Assembly (NCBI GenBank): GCA_963796315.1
Contig: CAWCLH010000020.1
Coordinates: forward strand, 289,879-353,878
Direction of reading: 5' to 3'
Length of the DNA stretch: 64,000 nucleotides
From: an uncultured Actinomycetota bacterium
GTDB lineage: Bacteria; Actinomycetota; Thermoleophilia; RBG-16-64-13
Positions 46,850-58,672 of the stretch are shown one piece after another. A program made the translations under genes and the position numbers. The notes beneath the pieces are model-generated. The model ran no database searches. It was given only the letters and a program-made list of their open reading frames with translations, and was not told where the DNA came from. Within the stretch, counting starts at the first letter, position 1. Every line of letters starts with the position of its first letter.

Positions 46850-47378
46850 ATAGCCGACACGGTACGAATCAATGAGCGGATACGCGCGGACATGGTCCGG
46901 CTGATCGGCCACGAGGGCGAGCAGGTGGGCATCGTCAATCTGAAAGAGGCCCTCGCACTATCGCCGACCGACTGAACCTCGACCTGGTCGAGGTGGCCCC
47001 GATGGCCAATCCGCCGGTCTGCAAGGTGATGGACTACGGCAAGTACAGGTACGAGCAAGAGCAGAAGGCCAAGGAAGCCCGCAAGCGGCAGACGACGATC
47101 ACCATCAAGGAGATCAAGCTCCGGCCGAAGATCGACGACCACGACTTCGAGACGCAAGAAGGGCCACGTCGAGCGCTTTCTCAAGCATGGCGACAAGGTC
47201 AAGCTCACCATCATGTTCCGGGGACGGGAGTTGGTCCACCCGCACCTGGGTGAGAGGCTGCTTCGCACGGATGGCCGAGGACCTGGTCGAGTTGGGCGAG
47301 GTGGAGTCCGAGCCCAACCTCGACGGCCGGAACATGGTCATGATGCTGGCGCCGAAGAAGCAAGTGCCCCAGCGCTGA
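46850..47378 (+). CDS. infC: Translation initiation factor IF-3; at least four apparent frameshifts; non-canonical start
   Basis: [77 protein letters not shown] and [27 protein letters not shown] are spread over three frames. Candidate starts are ATA 46850 or GTG 46838 after GGGGGAGG. Confidence 0.85.
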
Positions 47379-47506
47379 CCCTCTGCGCGCCGGTGACGGC
47401 GCGTCGATGGGAGACCGGACGATCTTGGCCGCCTGCCGCGCGGGAAGCGGACCTGTCGGGAGACAAGCCAAAGCGCCACGGCCGGCTACGAGGAAGATGG
47501 AGAAGG

Positions 47507-47704
47507 ATGAAGCAGAAGAACAAGTCGCATCGCGGCGCCAAGAAGCGGATCAAGGTCACCGGGACGGGCAAGCTGCTCCGCCGCAAGGCCATGTCCAGCC
47601 ACTTGCTCACGAAGAAGTCGAGCAAGAAGAAGCGTGGCTTCCGCAAGGACCGCCCGCTCACCGCCGCCGACACGCGGCGCGCCAGAGACCTGATCGGTTC
47701 GTAG
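47507..47704 (+). CDS. rpmI: 50S ribosomal protein L35
   Basis: ATG 47507 after [42 protein letters not shown]... Confidence 0.92.
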   Translation: MKQKNKSHRGAKKRIKVTGTGKLLRRKAMSSHLLTKKSSKKKRGFRKDRPLTAADTRRARDLIGS

Positions 47705-47715
47705 GAGGGCCAGAG

Positions 47716-48082
47716 ATGCCACGGGTAAAGCGAAGCATCAATGCGCAGAAGAAGCGGCGCAAGGCCCTCGAGGAAGCCAAGGGTTACTACGGCCTGAAGC
47801 AGCTCGACGTACCGGAAGGCCAAAGAGCAGCTGCTCAAGTCCTACGAGTACGCCTACCGGGACCGCAAGGCCCGCAAACGGGACTTCCGCCGGCTGTGGA
47901 TCACCCGCATCAACGCCGGCGCGCGCATGCACGGCTTGAGCTACAACCAGTTCATGCACGGTCTGCGCGAGGCGAACATCGATCTGAACCGCAAGATGCT
48001 GGCCGAGCTGGCCGTGCGCGAGCCGCAGGCGTTCGCCGAGATCGCGACCAAGGTGAAGGAAGCCCTCGGCACCCGCTCGTGA
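47716..48082 (+). CDS. rplT: 50S ribosomal protein L20; one apparent frameshift at about 47805
   Basis: [26 protein letters not shown], then (shifted) [50 protein letters not shown]..., stop 48080..48082. Confidence 0.9.
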
Positions 48083-48173
48083 CCCGAAGGACAGCTGAGC
48101 GCTCCTTGGTGGGGCGTCCACTCGAGGAAGCGCTTCGCGTACGCGGGCGCTTTCCGCGTTCCGGGGGAGGCCG

Positions 48174-49011
48174 ATGATCCGCACCATCGCCGGGCGGCAG
48201 AACCAGTCGGTCAAGCTCGTCCGGAAGCTCCAGAAGAAGAAGTACCGGCGGGAGCAGGGTCTCTTCGTGGTGGAGGGGCTGGACCTGATCCAGGCCGCCG
48301 CCGACGTGGACGAAGAGCCGGCGGAGGTGCTGGTCCGGCCCGACCTGCGTCGAGCGGTTGCCCCAGAGCTTCCTGGACCTGGCCCGCGAGGACGAGATCG
48401 ACATCGGTGTCTGCGACGAGGAGACCCTGCAGTATGCCAGCGGCCTGCAGGGCGCGGCCGACGTCATCGGGGTGTTCGAGCTGCCCTCCTGGAGCCTGGG
48501 CGACCTGGACCTCACGGGGGTGACCGTCTACCTGCACGGCGTGGGGGACCCGGGGAACGTGGGCACGATCGTGCGCAGCGCCGTGGCCTTCGGCGCCGCG
48601 GGGCTGGCGGTCAGTCCCGGCACGGCGGACCCGTACGGGCCCAAGGCGGTGCGGGCGGGCATGGGGGCGCAGTTCCTGCTGCGCATCGTGGTCGAGGTCT
48701 CGCCCGAGGATCTGGCCGCCAAGCTGGAGGCCGAGGAGGCGCGGGGCGCGCGGCGCCCGGAGGTGCTGACCGCCGATCCCCAGGGGGACCTTGACGCCCG
48801 GGAGGCCGCCGCCGCTCTGGCGCCGGACGCCGGCGTGCTGCTGGTGATGGGCTCCGAACGGGGAGAGCTGCCGGCGCTGGGGTCCGCTCTGCGCACGGTC
48901 GCCATCCGGCAGGTGGCCTTCGATTCGCTCAACGTGGGCATGGCGGCGACGATCCTGCTCTACGAGGTCGCCTCCGTTCGTGCCGGCCGGACCGCTTCTG
49001 GCCAGGCCTAG
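48174..49011 (+). CDS. TrmH/SpoU-family RNA 2'-O-methyltransferase; one apparent frameshift at about 48350
   Basis: N-terminus NQSVKLVRKLQKKKYRREQGLFVVEG. SpoU motifs GVGDPGNVGTIVRSA, LLVMGSERGEL and SLNVGMAATILLYE in ORF 48358..49011. Sits at the conserved position between rplT and pheS. Confidence 0.85.
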
Positions 49012-49121
49012 CGCCGTCTGCTAGCGTAGCCCTTCAACCGAGAGGAGGAGCCATCCCCGCGAACGACAGCCTCCTGGCCCAGCTGGAACGCGACGATCTG
49101 CGGACCATCTACACGCAGGGC

Positions 49122-50102
<981 letters not shown>

Positions 50103-50114
50103 GTTGGAGGAAGG

Positions 50115-52745
50115 ATGAAGGCCCCCCTTTCGTGGCTGCGCGAGTACGTGCCCATCGAGCTGGACCCCCTGGAGCTGGCCTCCCGGCTGGCCATGACGGG
50201 CACCGAGGTCGAGCGGGTGGACATGGTGGGCCTCTCGGACGAGGACGGTAACCTCACCCACTTCGTGGTGGGCAAGGTGCTCGAGCTGCGAACGGCACCC
50301 CAACGCCGACAAGCTCTCCGTCTGCCGGGTCGACGTGGGCGAACGGGAGCCCCGGACCATCGTGTGCGGCGCCCCCAACGTGGAGGCGGGACAGACCGTC
50401 CCGGTGGTGCTCCCCGGCGGCCGGTTCCCCGATGGGATGGTGATCAAGGAGGCGAAGCTGCGCGGGATAGGGTCGTCCGGCATGATCATGTCCGCGGCGG
50501 AGCTGGGCTACGAGGCCAAGAGCGAGGGCATCCTCGTGCTTCCCCCCGAATGGCAGGCGGGCGAGGCGCTGATGGGGCACCTGCCCGTGAGCGAGGCGGT
50601 GCTGGAGGTCGAGGTCACGCCCAACCGGCCGGACTGCCTCTCCATCCAAGGGCTGGCCCGCGAGGTGGCGGCGGTCACCCTGGCCCCCTTCGACGAACGC
50701 TCCACCTTCAGCTTCCCCATGGCCGCGCGGCGGGCGGAGGAGGACATCGCGGTGGAGGTGCTGGACCCGGACCTCTGCCCGCGCTACGCCGCCCGCGTCA
50801 TCCGGGGAGTGCGTATCGCCGAGTCCCCGCCCTGGTTGAAGGCGCGCATCGCCCACGCGGGCATGCGGCCGGTCAACAACGTGGTGGACGTCACCAACTA
50901 CGTGATGTGGGCGTTGGGCCAGCCGCTCCACGCCTTCGATCTGGACACGCGTGGCCGGGAGGCGGATCATCGTCCGCCGGGCTCGGCCGGGCGAACCCAT
51001 CACCACCCTGGACGGCACCGCCCGCACCCTGACCGAGGACATGCTGGTCATCGCGGACGCCGAGAAGCCCTCCGTCATCGCCGGCATCATGGGCAGCGTC
51101 GACAGCGAGGTCACCGACCGGACCACCGACCTCCTGCTGGAGGCCGCCACCTTCTTCGGGCCGTCCATCATGCGCACGTCGGCCGCTCTGGGCCTGCGCA
51201 GCGAGTCGTCCACCCGGTTCGAGAAAGGGCTCGATCAGAACCTGGCGCTCCCGGCGCTGGACATGGCCTGCGCCCTGCTGACCGAGATCTGCGGCGGTAC
51301 CGTCTCCACGGGGACGGTCGACGTCCTCGTCGCCGAGGTGGGGCCGTGGCAGGTGTCGCTGCGTCCGGAGCGCGTGGAGGCGGTCCTCGGGGAAGCCGAT
51401 CCCCGTCGGCGAGATACGCGACATCCTGACGCGGTTGGGGTGCGGGGTGGCCCTCGCCTCCTGGGCCGGCGACGACGCAGGCCTGGAGGCCGACGAGGAG
51501 CCCGCCGCCGGTGTTCCCGAGGCCCTGCTGGTCACGGTGCCCACCTTCCGGCAGGACCTGGTGCGCGAGATCGACCTGGTGGAGGAGGTGGCCCGCATCC
51601 ACGGGGTCGACCGGCTCCGACCCACCATGCCCGCCCGGCGGGGCCGGGGCGGCCTGACCCCCGAACAGCGGAGGATCCGGCAGGTGGAGGATCTGCTGCA
51701 GAGCGCGGGCCTCTCGGAAGTCATCACCTACGCCTTCACCGACCCGGCCTGGCTGCCGCTGCTGCGCCTGCCCGCCGACGACGAGCGTCTGCGGCCGGTC
51801 CCGCTGGCCAACCCGCTCAGCAGCGACCAATCCGTGATGCGCACCATGCTCCTGCCCGGCCTGCTGGCCGCCGCCGCCCACAACCGCGCCCTGCGCGAGG
51901 ACCGCGTGCACCTCTTCGAGTCGGGCAAGACCTTCCACTCCCGGCTCCCGCTGAGCGAGATGGCACGGGCCGAGGGACGCGAGGCGGCGGCCGTGCTGCC
52001 GGCGGAGGTGCGCCGGGTCGGCTTCCTGCTCGCAGGGCGAGTGGACCGAGGAATCGTGGAACCGCACCGCCGTCCCCACCGACTTCTTCCTGGCCAAGGG
52101 CCTGGTGGAGCGGGTGCTGGGGGCGCTCCGGGTCCAGGCCTCCTTCGGCCCGGCGACGGAGCCCTTCCTCCATCCGGGGAAGAGCGCCGCGGTGGCCTGC
52201 CCGGCCGGTCCGCTCGGGCTGGGTGGGCGAGGTGCACCCGCTGGTCCTCAAGGCCTTCGACCTGCCCGCCGGCGCGCTGGCGGCCGAGCTCGATCTGGAC
52301 GTCCTGGTGGCCCAGGCCGGTGCCGTCGCCCTGTTCGAGGACCTGCTGACCTATCCGGTCGTCGAGCAGGACCTGGCCCTGGTCCTGGCGCGAGACGTCC
52401 CGGCGGAGCGGGTGGTCGCCACCGTGCGCGAGACGGCCGGACCGTTGCTGCACGACGTCCGCGTGTTCGATGTGTACGAGGGCAGCCAGGTGGGCGAAGG
52501 CCGGCGCAGCCTGGCCCTTCGCCTGGTGTTCCGCTCCGCGGAGCGCACCTTGAGCGAGGCCGAGGTCAACGAGGTGCGCGAGCGGCTGCTGGCCACGCCT
52601 GCGCGACGCGATGGGGGCCGAGCTCGCGCGGCTCGATCGTCTCTCCGCCGCCCGGCCTGCGGCGACGAGACCGGGACGGAGGGCGGCCGTGCCGTCAGAC
52701 CGGGGCGAGGCGGCCGTTTGCGTCGGTGCACTCCGGACTGTATAG
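50115..52745 (+). CDS. pheT: Phenylalanine--tRNA ligase beta subunit; at least six apparent frameshifts; 3' end uncertain
   Basis: MKAPLSWLREYV, the tRNA-binding domain, B3/4 (NNVVDVTNYVMWALGQPLHAFD), B5 (VTVPTFRQDLVREIDLVEEVARIHG), the core and FDX-ACB (VFDVYEGSQVGEGRRSLALRLVFRS) are spread over ORFs 50115.., 50335.., 50951.., 51435.., 52105... Confidence 0.9.
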
Positions 52746-52746
52746 T
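52718..52746 (+). promoter_or_regulatory. arg operon promoter (TTGCGT-N17-TATAGT)
   Basis: TTGCGT at 52718..52723 and TATAGT at 52741..52746, about 50 nt upstream of the argC ATG. Confidence 0.55.
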
Positions 52747-52754
52747 TATGCACC
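52737..52754 (+). promoter_or_regulatory. Candidate ArgR operator (ARG box-like ACTGTATAGTTATGCACC)
   Basis: The core TGTATAGTTATGCA matches 12 of 14 positions of the actinobacterial TGCAT-RWWY-ATGCA type ARG box as recalled. It overlaps the -10 hexamer. Confidence 0.4.
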
Positions 52755-52796
52755 GCGTGCGGCGACGCCGTGCCGGAGGGGGAGAGGGACCGCGTC

Positions 52797-53817
52797 ATGA
52801 TCAAAGCCAGCGTCATCGGGGCGACCGGGTTCACCGGAGCCCTGCTCACCGAGTTGCTCGCCCGGCACCCGCAGGTCGCCTTGGCCGCGCTCACCTCGCA
52901 GTCGTACGTGGGCCGGCAGGTGGCCGACGTGTTTCCTTGGTTGCGGGTGGACGGCACGTACGCGGCCTACGACCCCGCCTCCGCCGGCGACGCGGACGTC
53001 GCCTTCGTCTGCTACCCGCACGCCCAAGCCCATCCGGTCGTCGCCGAGCTGCTGGAGCGGGACGTGCGCGTGGTCGATCTCTCCGCCGACTTCAGGCTGA
53101 AGGACGCCGGGCTCTACCCCGAGTGGTACGGCTTCGAGCACCCGGCGGCCGGTCTGCTGCGGGAGGCCGTCTACGGACTGCCCGAGGTGTATCGCGCCGA
53201 CATCGCCGGCTGCCGCTTGGTGGCCAACCCCGGGTGCTTTCCCACGGGGATGTTGCTGGGCCTGCTGCCCTTGGCCCGCCGGGGACTGGTGGCCTCCCCG
53301 GTGGTGGTGGATTCGGCCTCGGGCGTCTCGGGGCCGGCCGCAAGGCCACCGAGAAGACGCACTTCTCCGAGGTGCACGACAACTTCCGGGCCTACAGCGA
53401 GGTCGGGCACCGGCACACCCCGGAGATGGTCCAGGAGCTCTCCCTGCTCGCGGGAGCCCCGTCGCCGTCAGCTTCACGCCCCATCTGCTGCCCGTGGACC
53501 GAGGCATCCTCTCCACGCTGTACGTGCGCCCCGCCGAGGGCCTGGAAGGGTGGGAAGAGGACTCGCTCTACGAGCTCTACCGGACCGCCTACGAGGGCGA
53601 GCCCTTCGTGGAGGTCGTCGGACCCACGCCCAGCCTGCGCGAGGTGCAGGGCACGAACGCCTGCCGCATCGCGCTGCGCCTCGATAGGAGTGCCGGGATG
53701 ATCAAGGTGATCTCGGCCATCGACAACCTGATGAAGGGCGCCTCCGGGCAGGCCGTGCAGAACATGAACCTGATGGTGGGGCTGCCGGAGACCACCGGGC
53801 TCGAGGTGCGGAGGTGA
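52797..53817 (+). CDS. argC: N-acetyl-gamma-glutamyl-phosphate reductase; two apparent frameshifts at about 53335 and 53460
   Basis: MIKASVIGATGFTG, VANPGCFPTG (active-site Cys), GRKATEKTHFSEV, HRHTPEM, NLMKGASGQAVQNMN. Confidence 0.9.
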
Positions 53818-55123
53818 GCCGGGCGGTGGGACCCGACCATCCGGTCGTCCGGCACCCGGAGACCTCGACGTTCCTCTCGCTGCCCACCGGCGTGCGGCTG
53901 GAGGAGCCGGGCGGCGTCTCTCCCGGCGTGACCTACCCCCGAGGCTTCGTGGCCGCCGGGTGTGGCCGCCGGCATCAAGGAGAGCGGCCGCAAGGACCTG
54001 GGCATCGTCGCCGTCGCCGCCGAGCACCGCGCCGACACCGCCGGCGCGGCCGTCTTCACCCGCAACTCCTTCGCCGCGGCCCCCGTGCTGGTGAGCCGGC
54101 GGGAGGTCTCGCTGCGCTCGCTCGCCGCGGTGGTGATGAACAGCGGGAACGCGAATGCCTGTACCGGCGGACCCGGCCTGGCCGTCGCCCGGGACATGCA
54201 GCGCGCGTGCGCGGAGGCGCTGGGCACCACGCCCGCCCGGGTGGCGGTGGGCTCCACCGGCATCATCGGGGTCCCGCTGGATCCGGCCCTGGCCACCGCC
54301 GGGATCGCCGCGGCGGCCGCCTCGCTCGGCCCGGAGGGTGGGCCGGCCTTCGCCGAGAGCATCATCACCACCGACCGCTTCGCCAAGCAGTGCGCCTTCG
54401 AGGTGACCACCCGGGACGGGGTGGTCCGGCTGGCGGGCGCGGCCAAGGGGGCCGGCATGATCGCACCCGGCATGGCCACCATGCTCTGCGTGGTGACCAC
54501 GGACGCGGGCCTGGAGTCGGGCGTGGCCCGCAGCCTGCTCGCCCGGGAGGTGGGCCGCACGTTCAACCGCATCTCGGTCGACGGGCAGATGAGCACCAAC
54601 GACTGCGTGTTCCTCCTGGCCAACGGCGCCTCCGGGGCTCTTGCTCTCGCCGGAGGGCACCGCCCAGCTGGGGGCGGCGTTGCGCGCGCTCCTGCTGCGG
54701 CTGGCCTTGATGATGGTGGCCGACGGCGAGGGGGCGACCAAGGTGGCCCGGCTGCGGGTCCGGGGGGCGGCCACCGACGAGGACGCCCAGCGGGCGACTC
54801 GGGCCGTGGCCGACTCGGCGTTGGTCAAGACCGCCCTCTACGGCGGCGACCCGAACTGGGGGCGCATCCTCAGCGCGGTGGGTGCGGCGCTGCCCGATCG
54901 CAGCTTCCCCGAGGTCGCGCTGGACCTGGGCACGGTGCGGCTGGTGGAGAAGGGCCTCCCCTGCCCGTTGGACGACGGCCAACGGGACTCCCTGTCCGCG
55001 CTGATGGCGGGGAGCGAGGTGGACATCCTCCTCGACCTGGGCACCGGGCCGGGCACGGACGAGGTGTTCTTCTCCGACATGGGCCACGAGTACGTCACCA
55101 TCAATGCCGAGTACCACACCTAG
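53814..55123 (+). CDS. argJ: Bifunctional ornithine acetyltransferase / N-acetylglutamate synthase; two apparent frameshifts at about 53955 and 54635
   Basis: GTG 53814 overlaps the argC stop. AAGIKESGRKDLG, NSGNANACTG, autoprocessing site GMATMLCVVTTDA, DGQMSTND, YGGDPNWGRI, YVTINAEYHT. Confidence 0.9.
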
Positions 55124-56024
55124 CGGGGTCAGCGTGCGCGAGTTCTACCAGAAGCAGGTGCAGACGCTCCTCGAGGCGCTCCCGTACATCCGGCGCTTCA
55201 GCGGCAAGACGGTGGTGATCAAGTACGGCGGCGCGGCCATGAGCTCCGCCGACCTCAAGGAGGAGTTCGCCACCGACATCGTGCTGCTCCGCTACGTGGG
55301 CGTGCGGCCCATCATCGTGCACGGGGGCGGCAGCGAGGTCAGCGCCATGATGGAGCGCCTCAGCCTGCCCGTGACCTTCGTGGACGGGCTGCGCGTCACC
55401 GACCCGGCCGCCATGGAGGTGGCCAAGATGGTGCTGGTGGGCAAGGTCAACAAGGAGATCGTGCAGCTGATCAACCACAAGGGCGCGGCCGCGGTGGGCC
55501 TGGGCGGCGACGACGGTCGCCTGATGGTGGCGCGCCGGCTGGTGCGCCGGCGGGAGGACGGCAGCGAGATCGATCTGGGACAGGTCGGCGAGGTGGTGTC
55601 GGTCAACACCGACCTGCTGGACCTGCTGGAGGCCGACTACGTCCCGGTGGTCGCGTCGGTGGGCGCCGGAGCCGCGGGGGAGAGCTACAACATCAACGCC
55701 GACGCGGTGGCGGGCGCGCTGGCGGCGGCCCTGCAGGCGGAGAAGGTCATCTTCCTCACCGACGTGCGCGGCCTCTACCACGACCTGGACGACCCGGAGA
55801 GCTACGTCTCGGAATGCACCGCCGACGACGTGCGCGGACTGATGCGGGGGGGTGCCGTCAGCCGGGGGATGATCCCCAAGCTGGAGGCGGTGCTGGCCGC
55901 CCTCGACGCCGGGGTGGAGGCCGCCCACATCATCGACGGCCGCGTGCCCCACTCGGTGCTGCTGGAGATCCTGACCGACGACGCCGGGGTGGGTACCAAG
56001 ATCCTGGCCGGGGAGAGACCATGA
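55104..56024 (+). CDS. argB: Acetylglutamate kinase
   Basis: Intact 306-aa ORF with VVIKYGGAAM, IIVHGGG, NINADAVAGALA and the amino-acid kinase fold. Confidence 0.93.
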   Translation: MPSTTPSGVSVREFYQKQVQTLLEALPYIRRFSGKTVVIKYGGAAMSSADLKEEFATDIVLLRYVGVRPIIVHGGGSEVSAMMERLSLPVTFVDGLRVTDPAAMEVAKMVLVGKVNKEIVQLINHKGAAAVGLGGDDGRLMVARRLVRRREDGSEIDLGQVGEVVSVNTDLLDLLEADYVPVVASVGAGAAGESYNINADAVAGALAAALQAEKVIFLTDVRGLYHDLDDPESYVSECTADDVRGLMRGGAVSRGMIPKLEAVLAALDAGVEAAHIIDGRVPHSVLLEILTDDAGVGTKILAGERP

Positions 56025-57274
56025 CCGCCGACGCGACCCCTCCCGCCACACCCGTCTCGAGCGAGGCGCCCCGGCTCTCGCCGGAGGTGGCCGAGCTCGA
56101 TGCCGCCTACGTCCTGCCCACCTACGCGCGCCAGCCGTTGGAGGTCGTCGCCGGCCTGGGGTCCGAGCTGGTCGGCCGGGACGGCCGTCGCTACCTGGAC
56201 TTCGTCACCGGTCTCTCGGTCAACAACTTCGGCCACTGCCACCCGCGCGTGGTGGCCGCCATCCAGGAGCAGGCGGCCCGGCTGATCCACTGCTCCAACC
56301 TCTTCCACACCGAGCCCCAGGCCCGGCTGGCCGCGCGGCTCTCGTCGCTGACCAACGGCGGCAAGGTCTTCTTCGGCAACAGCGGGGCCGAGGCCAACGA
56401 AGCCGCCATCAAGATCGCCCGCAAGCGGGCCCGGCTCCTGGGCGGGGGCGTGATCGTGACCCTGGAGGACTCCTTCCACGGGCGCACCATGGCCACCCTC
56501 TCCGCGACGGGCCAGCCGGAGAAACAGCGGGCCTTCAGCCCGGTGGTGGAGGGTTTCCTGCACGTGCCCGCCGGCGACGTGGACGCGCTGCGCCGGGCCT
56601 TCCGGTCCAGACGAGTGGCCGCCGTGATGGCCGAGCCGGTCCTGGGCGAGTCGGGCGTGCGGGTGCTGCCGGCCGACTTCCTGCAGGAGGTGCAGGAACT
56701 GTGCGAGCAGCACCAGGCCCTGCTGATCCTGGACGAGGTACAGACGGGGTTGGGCCGCTGCGGCGCTGCGTTCGCCTACCAGCGCTTCGGGCTGCTGCCC
56801 GACATCGTCACCATCGCCAAGAGCCTGGCGGGCGGTCTTCCCATGGGGGCGACCGTCGTGGGCGGGCGGGCGGCCGGCGTGCTGGGTGTCGGGGAGCACG
56901 GCTCCACCTTCGGCGCCGGGCCGGTGGCCGCGTCGGCGGCGCTGGCCGTCCTCGACCTCCTGGAGGAACCCGGTCTCTTCGAGCGGGTGGAGGCCCGCGG
57001 CGACCGGCTGGAGGGCTGGCTTCGACGCGTCGTGGAGGGCGGCGCCGCCACCGAGGTGCGGCGCCTGGGTCTCATGGCGGCGATCGATCTGACCGCCGGT
57101 GGCGCCCGGGACGCCGTGGCGGCCGCGCTGGACGCGGGCATCCTGTTGAACGCCACCTCCGACACCACCCTGCGCTTCCTGCCGCCGTTGATCGTGACCG
57201 AGGAGGAGGTCGACCGGGTGGGGGCCTTCCTGCTCGAGCGACTGGCCGCCTCGGGGACGAGGAGGAGCGCATGA
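56021..57274 (+). CDS. argD: Acetylornithine aminotransferase
   Basis: ATG 56021 (ATGA overlap with argB). NSGAEANEAAIK, SFHGRT, LILDEVQTGLGR and TIAKSLAGGLP (PLP lysine). Confidence 0.92.
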   Translation: MTADATPPATPVSSEAPRLSPEVAELDAAYVLPTYARQPLEVVAGLGSELVGRDGRRYLDFVTGLSVNNFGHCHPRVVAAIQEQAARLIHCSNLFHTEPQARLAARLSSLTNGGKVFFGNSGAEANEAAIKIARKRARLLGGGVIVTLEDSFHGRTMATLSATGQPEKQRAFSPVVEGFLHVPAGDVDALRRAFRSRRVAAVMAEPVLGESGVRVLPADFLQEVQELCEQHQALLILDEVQTGLGRCGAAFAYQRFGLLPDIVTIAKSLAGGLPMGATVVGGRAAGVLGVGEHGSTFGAGPVAASAALAVLDLLEEPGLFERVEARGDRLEGWLRRVVEGGAATEVRRLGLMAAIDLTAGGARDAVAAALDAGILLNATSDTTLRFLPPLIVTEEEVDRVGAFLLERLAASGTRRSA

Positions 57275-58200
57275 GCGGGCACGAACGGGCCGTCCGGCAC
57301 TTCCGCCGGATGACCGACCTCAGCCCCGACGAGCTGCGGCACGTCCTGGCCGAGGCCGCCCGGTGGAAGGCCGACCCCGGGGGCGACGTGCTGCGGGGCA
57401 AGACGATCGCGCTGATCTTCAGCAAGCCGTCCACGCGCACCCGGGTCTCTTTCACGGTGGGCATCGAGCAACTGGGCGGGAGCGCCCTCTTCCTGGGGGA
57501 GCAGGAGATCCAGATGCGCAAGTCCGAGAGCATCGAGGACACCGCGCGGGTCCTGTCCCGCTACGTGGACGGCATCGTCATCCGGACCTTCGCCCAGCAG
57601 GACGTGGAGGATCTGGCCGCCTTCGGCTCGGTGCCGGTGGTCAACGCGTTGACCGACGAGCGCCACCCCTGCCAGGGGCTGACCGACGTCTTCACCTTCC
57701 GGGAGCGCTTTCCCGACGCCGCCGGCCGCACCATCACCTACCTGGGTGACGGTAACAACGTGGCCGCGTCGCTGGCGATGGCCGGAGCGATGGCCGGCAT
57801 CGACGTGTGCCTGAGCGTGCCCGCCGGCTACGACCTCCCGGCCCCGCTGATGGAGGAGGCGGAGACGCTGGCCGCCCGGCCACGGCACCCGCGTGTGGGT
57901 GGAACGCGACCCGCGCAAAGCCGTGGAGGGAGCGTCCGCGCTCTACACCGACGTCTGGATCAGCATGGGCCAGAGCCAGGATCGGGAGAAGCGGGAGGCG
58001 TTGGAGCCCTATCGGGTGGACGCGGACCTGCTCCGGCGAGCGCTGCCCGAGGCGATCGTCATGCACTGCCTGCCCGCCCACCGTGGCGACGAGATCACGT
58101 CCGAGGTGATGGACGGGCCGCAGTCCGTCGTCTTCGACCAGGCCGAGAACCGGCTCCACGCGCAGAAGGCGCTCCTGGCCTTCCTGCTACGCCGGAGACT
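57271..58200 (+). CDS. argF: Ornithine carbamoyltransferase; apparent frameshift at about 57875; stop obscured (reads through into argR in this assembly)
   Basis: ATGA overlap with arg[61 protein letters not shown] at 58198..58200 is available in the adjacent frame. Confidence 0.88.
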
Positions 58201-58207
58201 AGCGGTC

Positions 58208-58668
58208 GTGCTGGGCAAGCGGCGCAGGCAGGATCTGATCCGGACGGTGGTGACCCAGCAGCGGGTGGGGACCCAGCTGGAGATGGTCGAGGCCCTGCGC
58301 GCGATCGGCTGCGACATCACGCAGGCCACCATCAGCCGCGACCTGCGGGAGCTGGGTCTGCTGAAGCGCCGGGACCGCAGGGGCCGGCCGCGTCTACGTC
58401 CTGCCGGAGACGGAGACCCGCCGCGACCCGGAGGCCGCCTGCAGCCGCATGCTGCAGGAGTTCGCCACCGCGGTCCTGCCGGCCCAGAACCTGGTGCTGC
58501 TCAAGTCCGAGGTGGGCACCGCCCCGGGCATGGGCCGGGCGATCGACGAACTCGAGCATGAGCTGCATCCTGGGCTGCGTGGCCGGGGATGATACGGTGC
58601 TGATCGTGACGGAAGACGCCGCGGCCGCGCAGGCCCTGGCGGAGTATCTGGAACAGCTGGGAGGCTGA
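58208..58668 (+). CDS. argR: Arginine repressor; two apparent frameshifts at about 58385 and 58555
   Basis: GTG 58208. [48 protein letters not shown], then VYVLPE..., then [31 protein letters not shown] (stop 58668). Confidence 0.85.
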
Positions 58669-58672
58669 CCGA

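Noticed and set aside
56701-58668. A 655-aa ORF spanning argD-argF-argR.
   Set aside because: It is a chimeric frame. Only its middle (the argF N-terminal half) and its last about 35 residues (the argR C-terminus) are meaningful; the rest is out-of-frame Arg/Pro/Gly-rich read-through.
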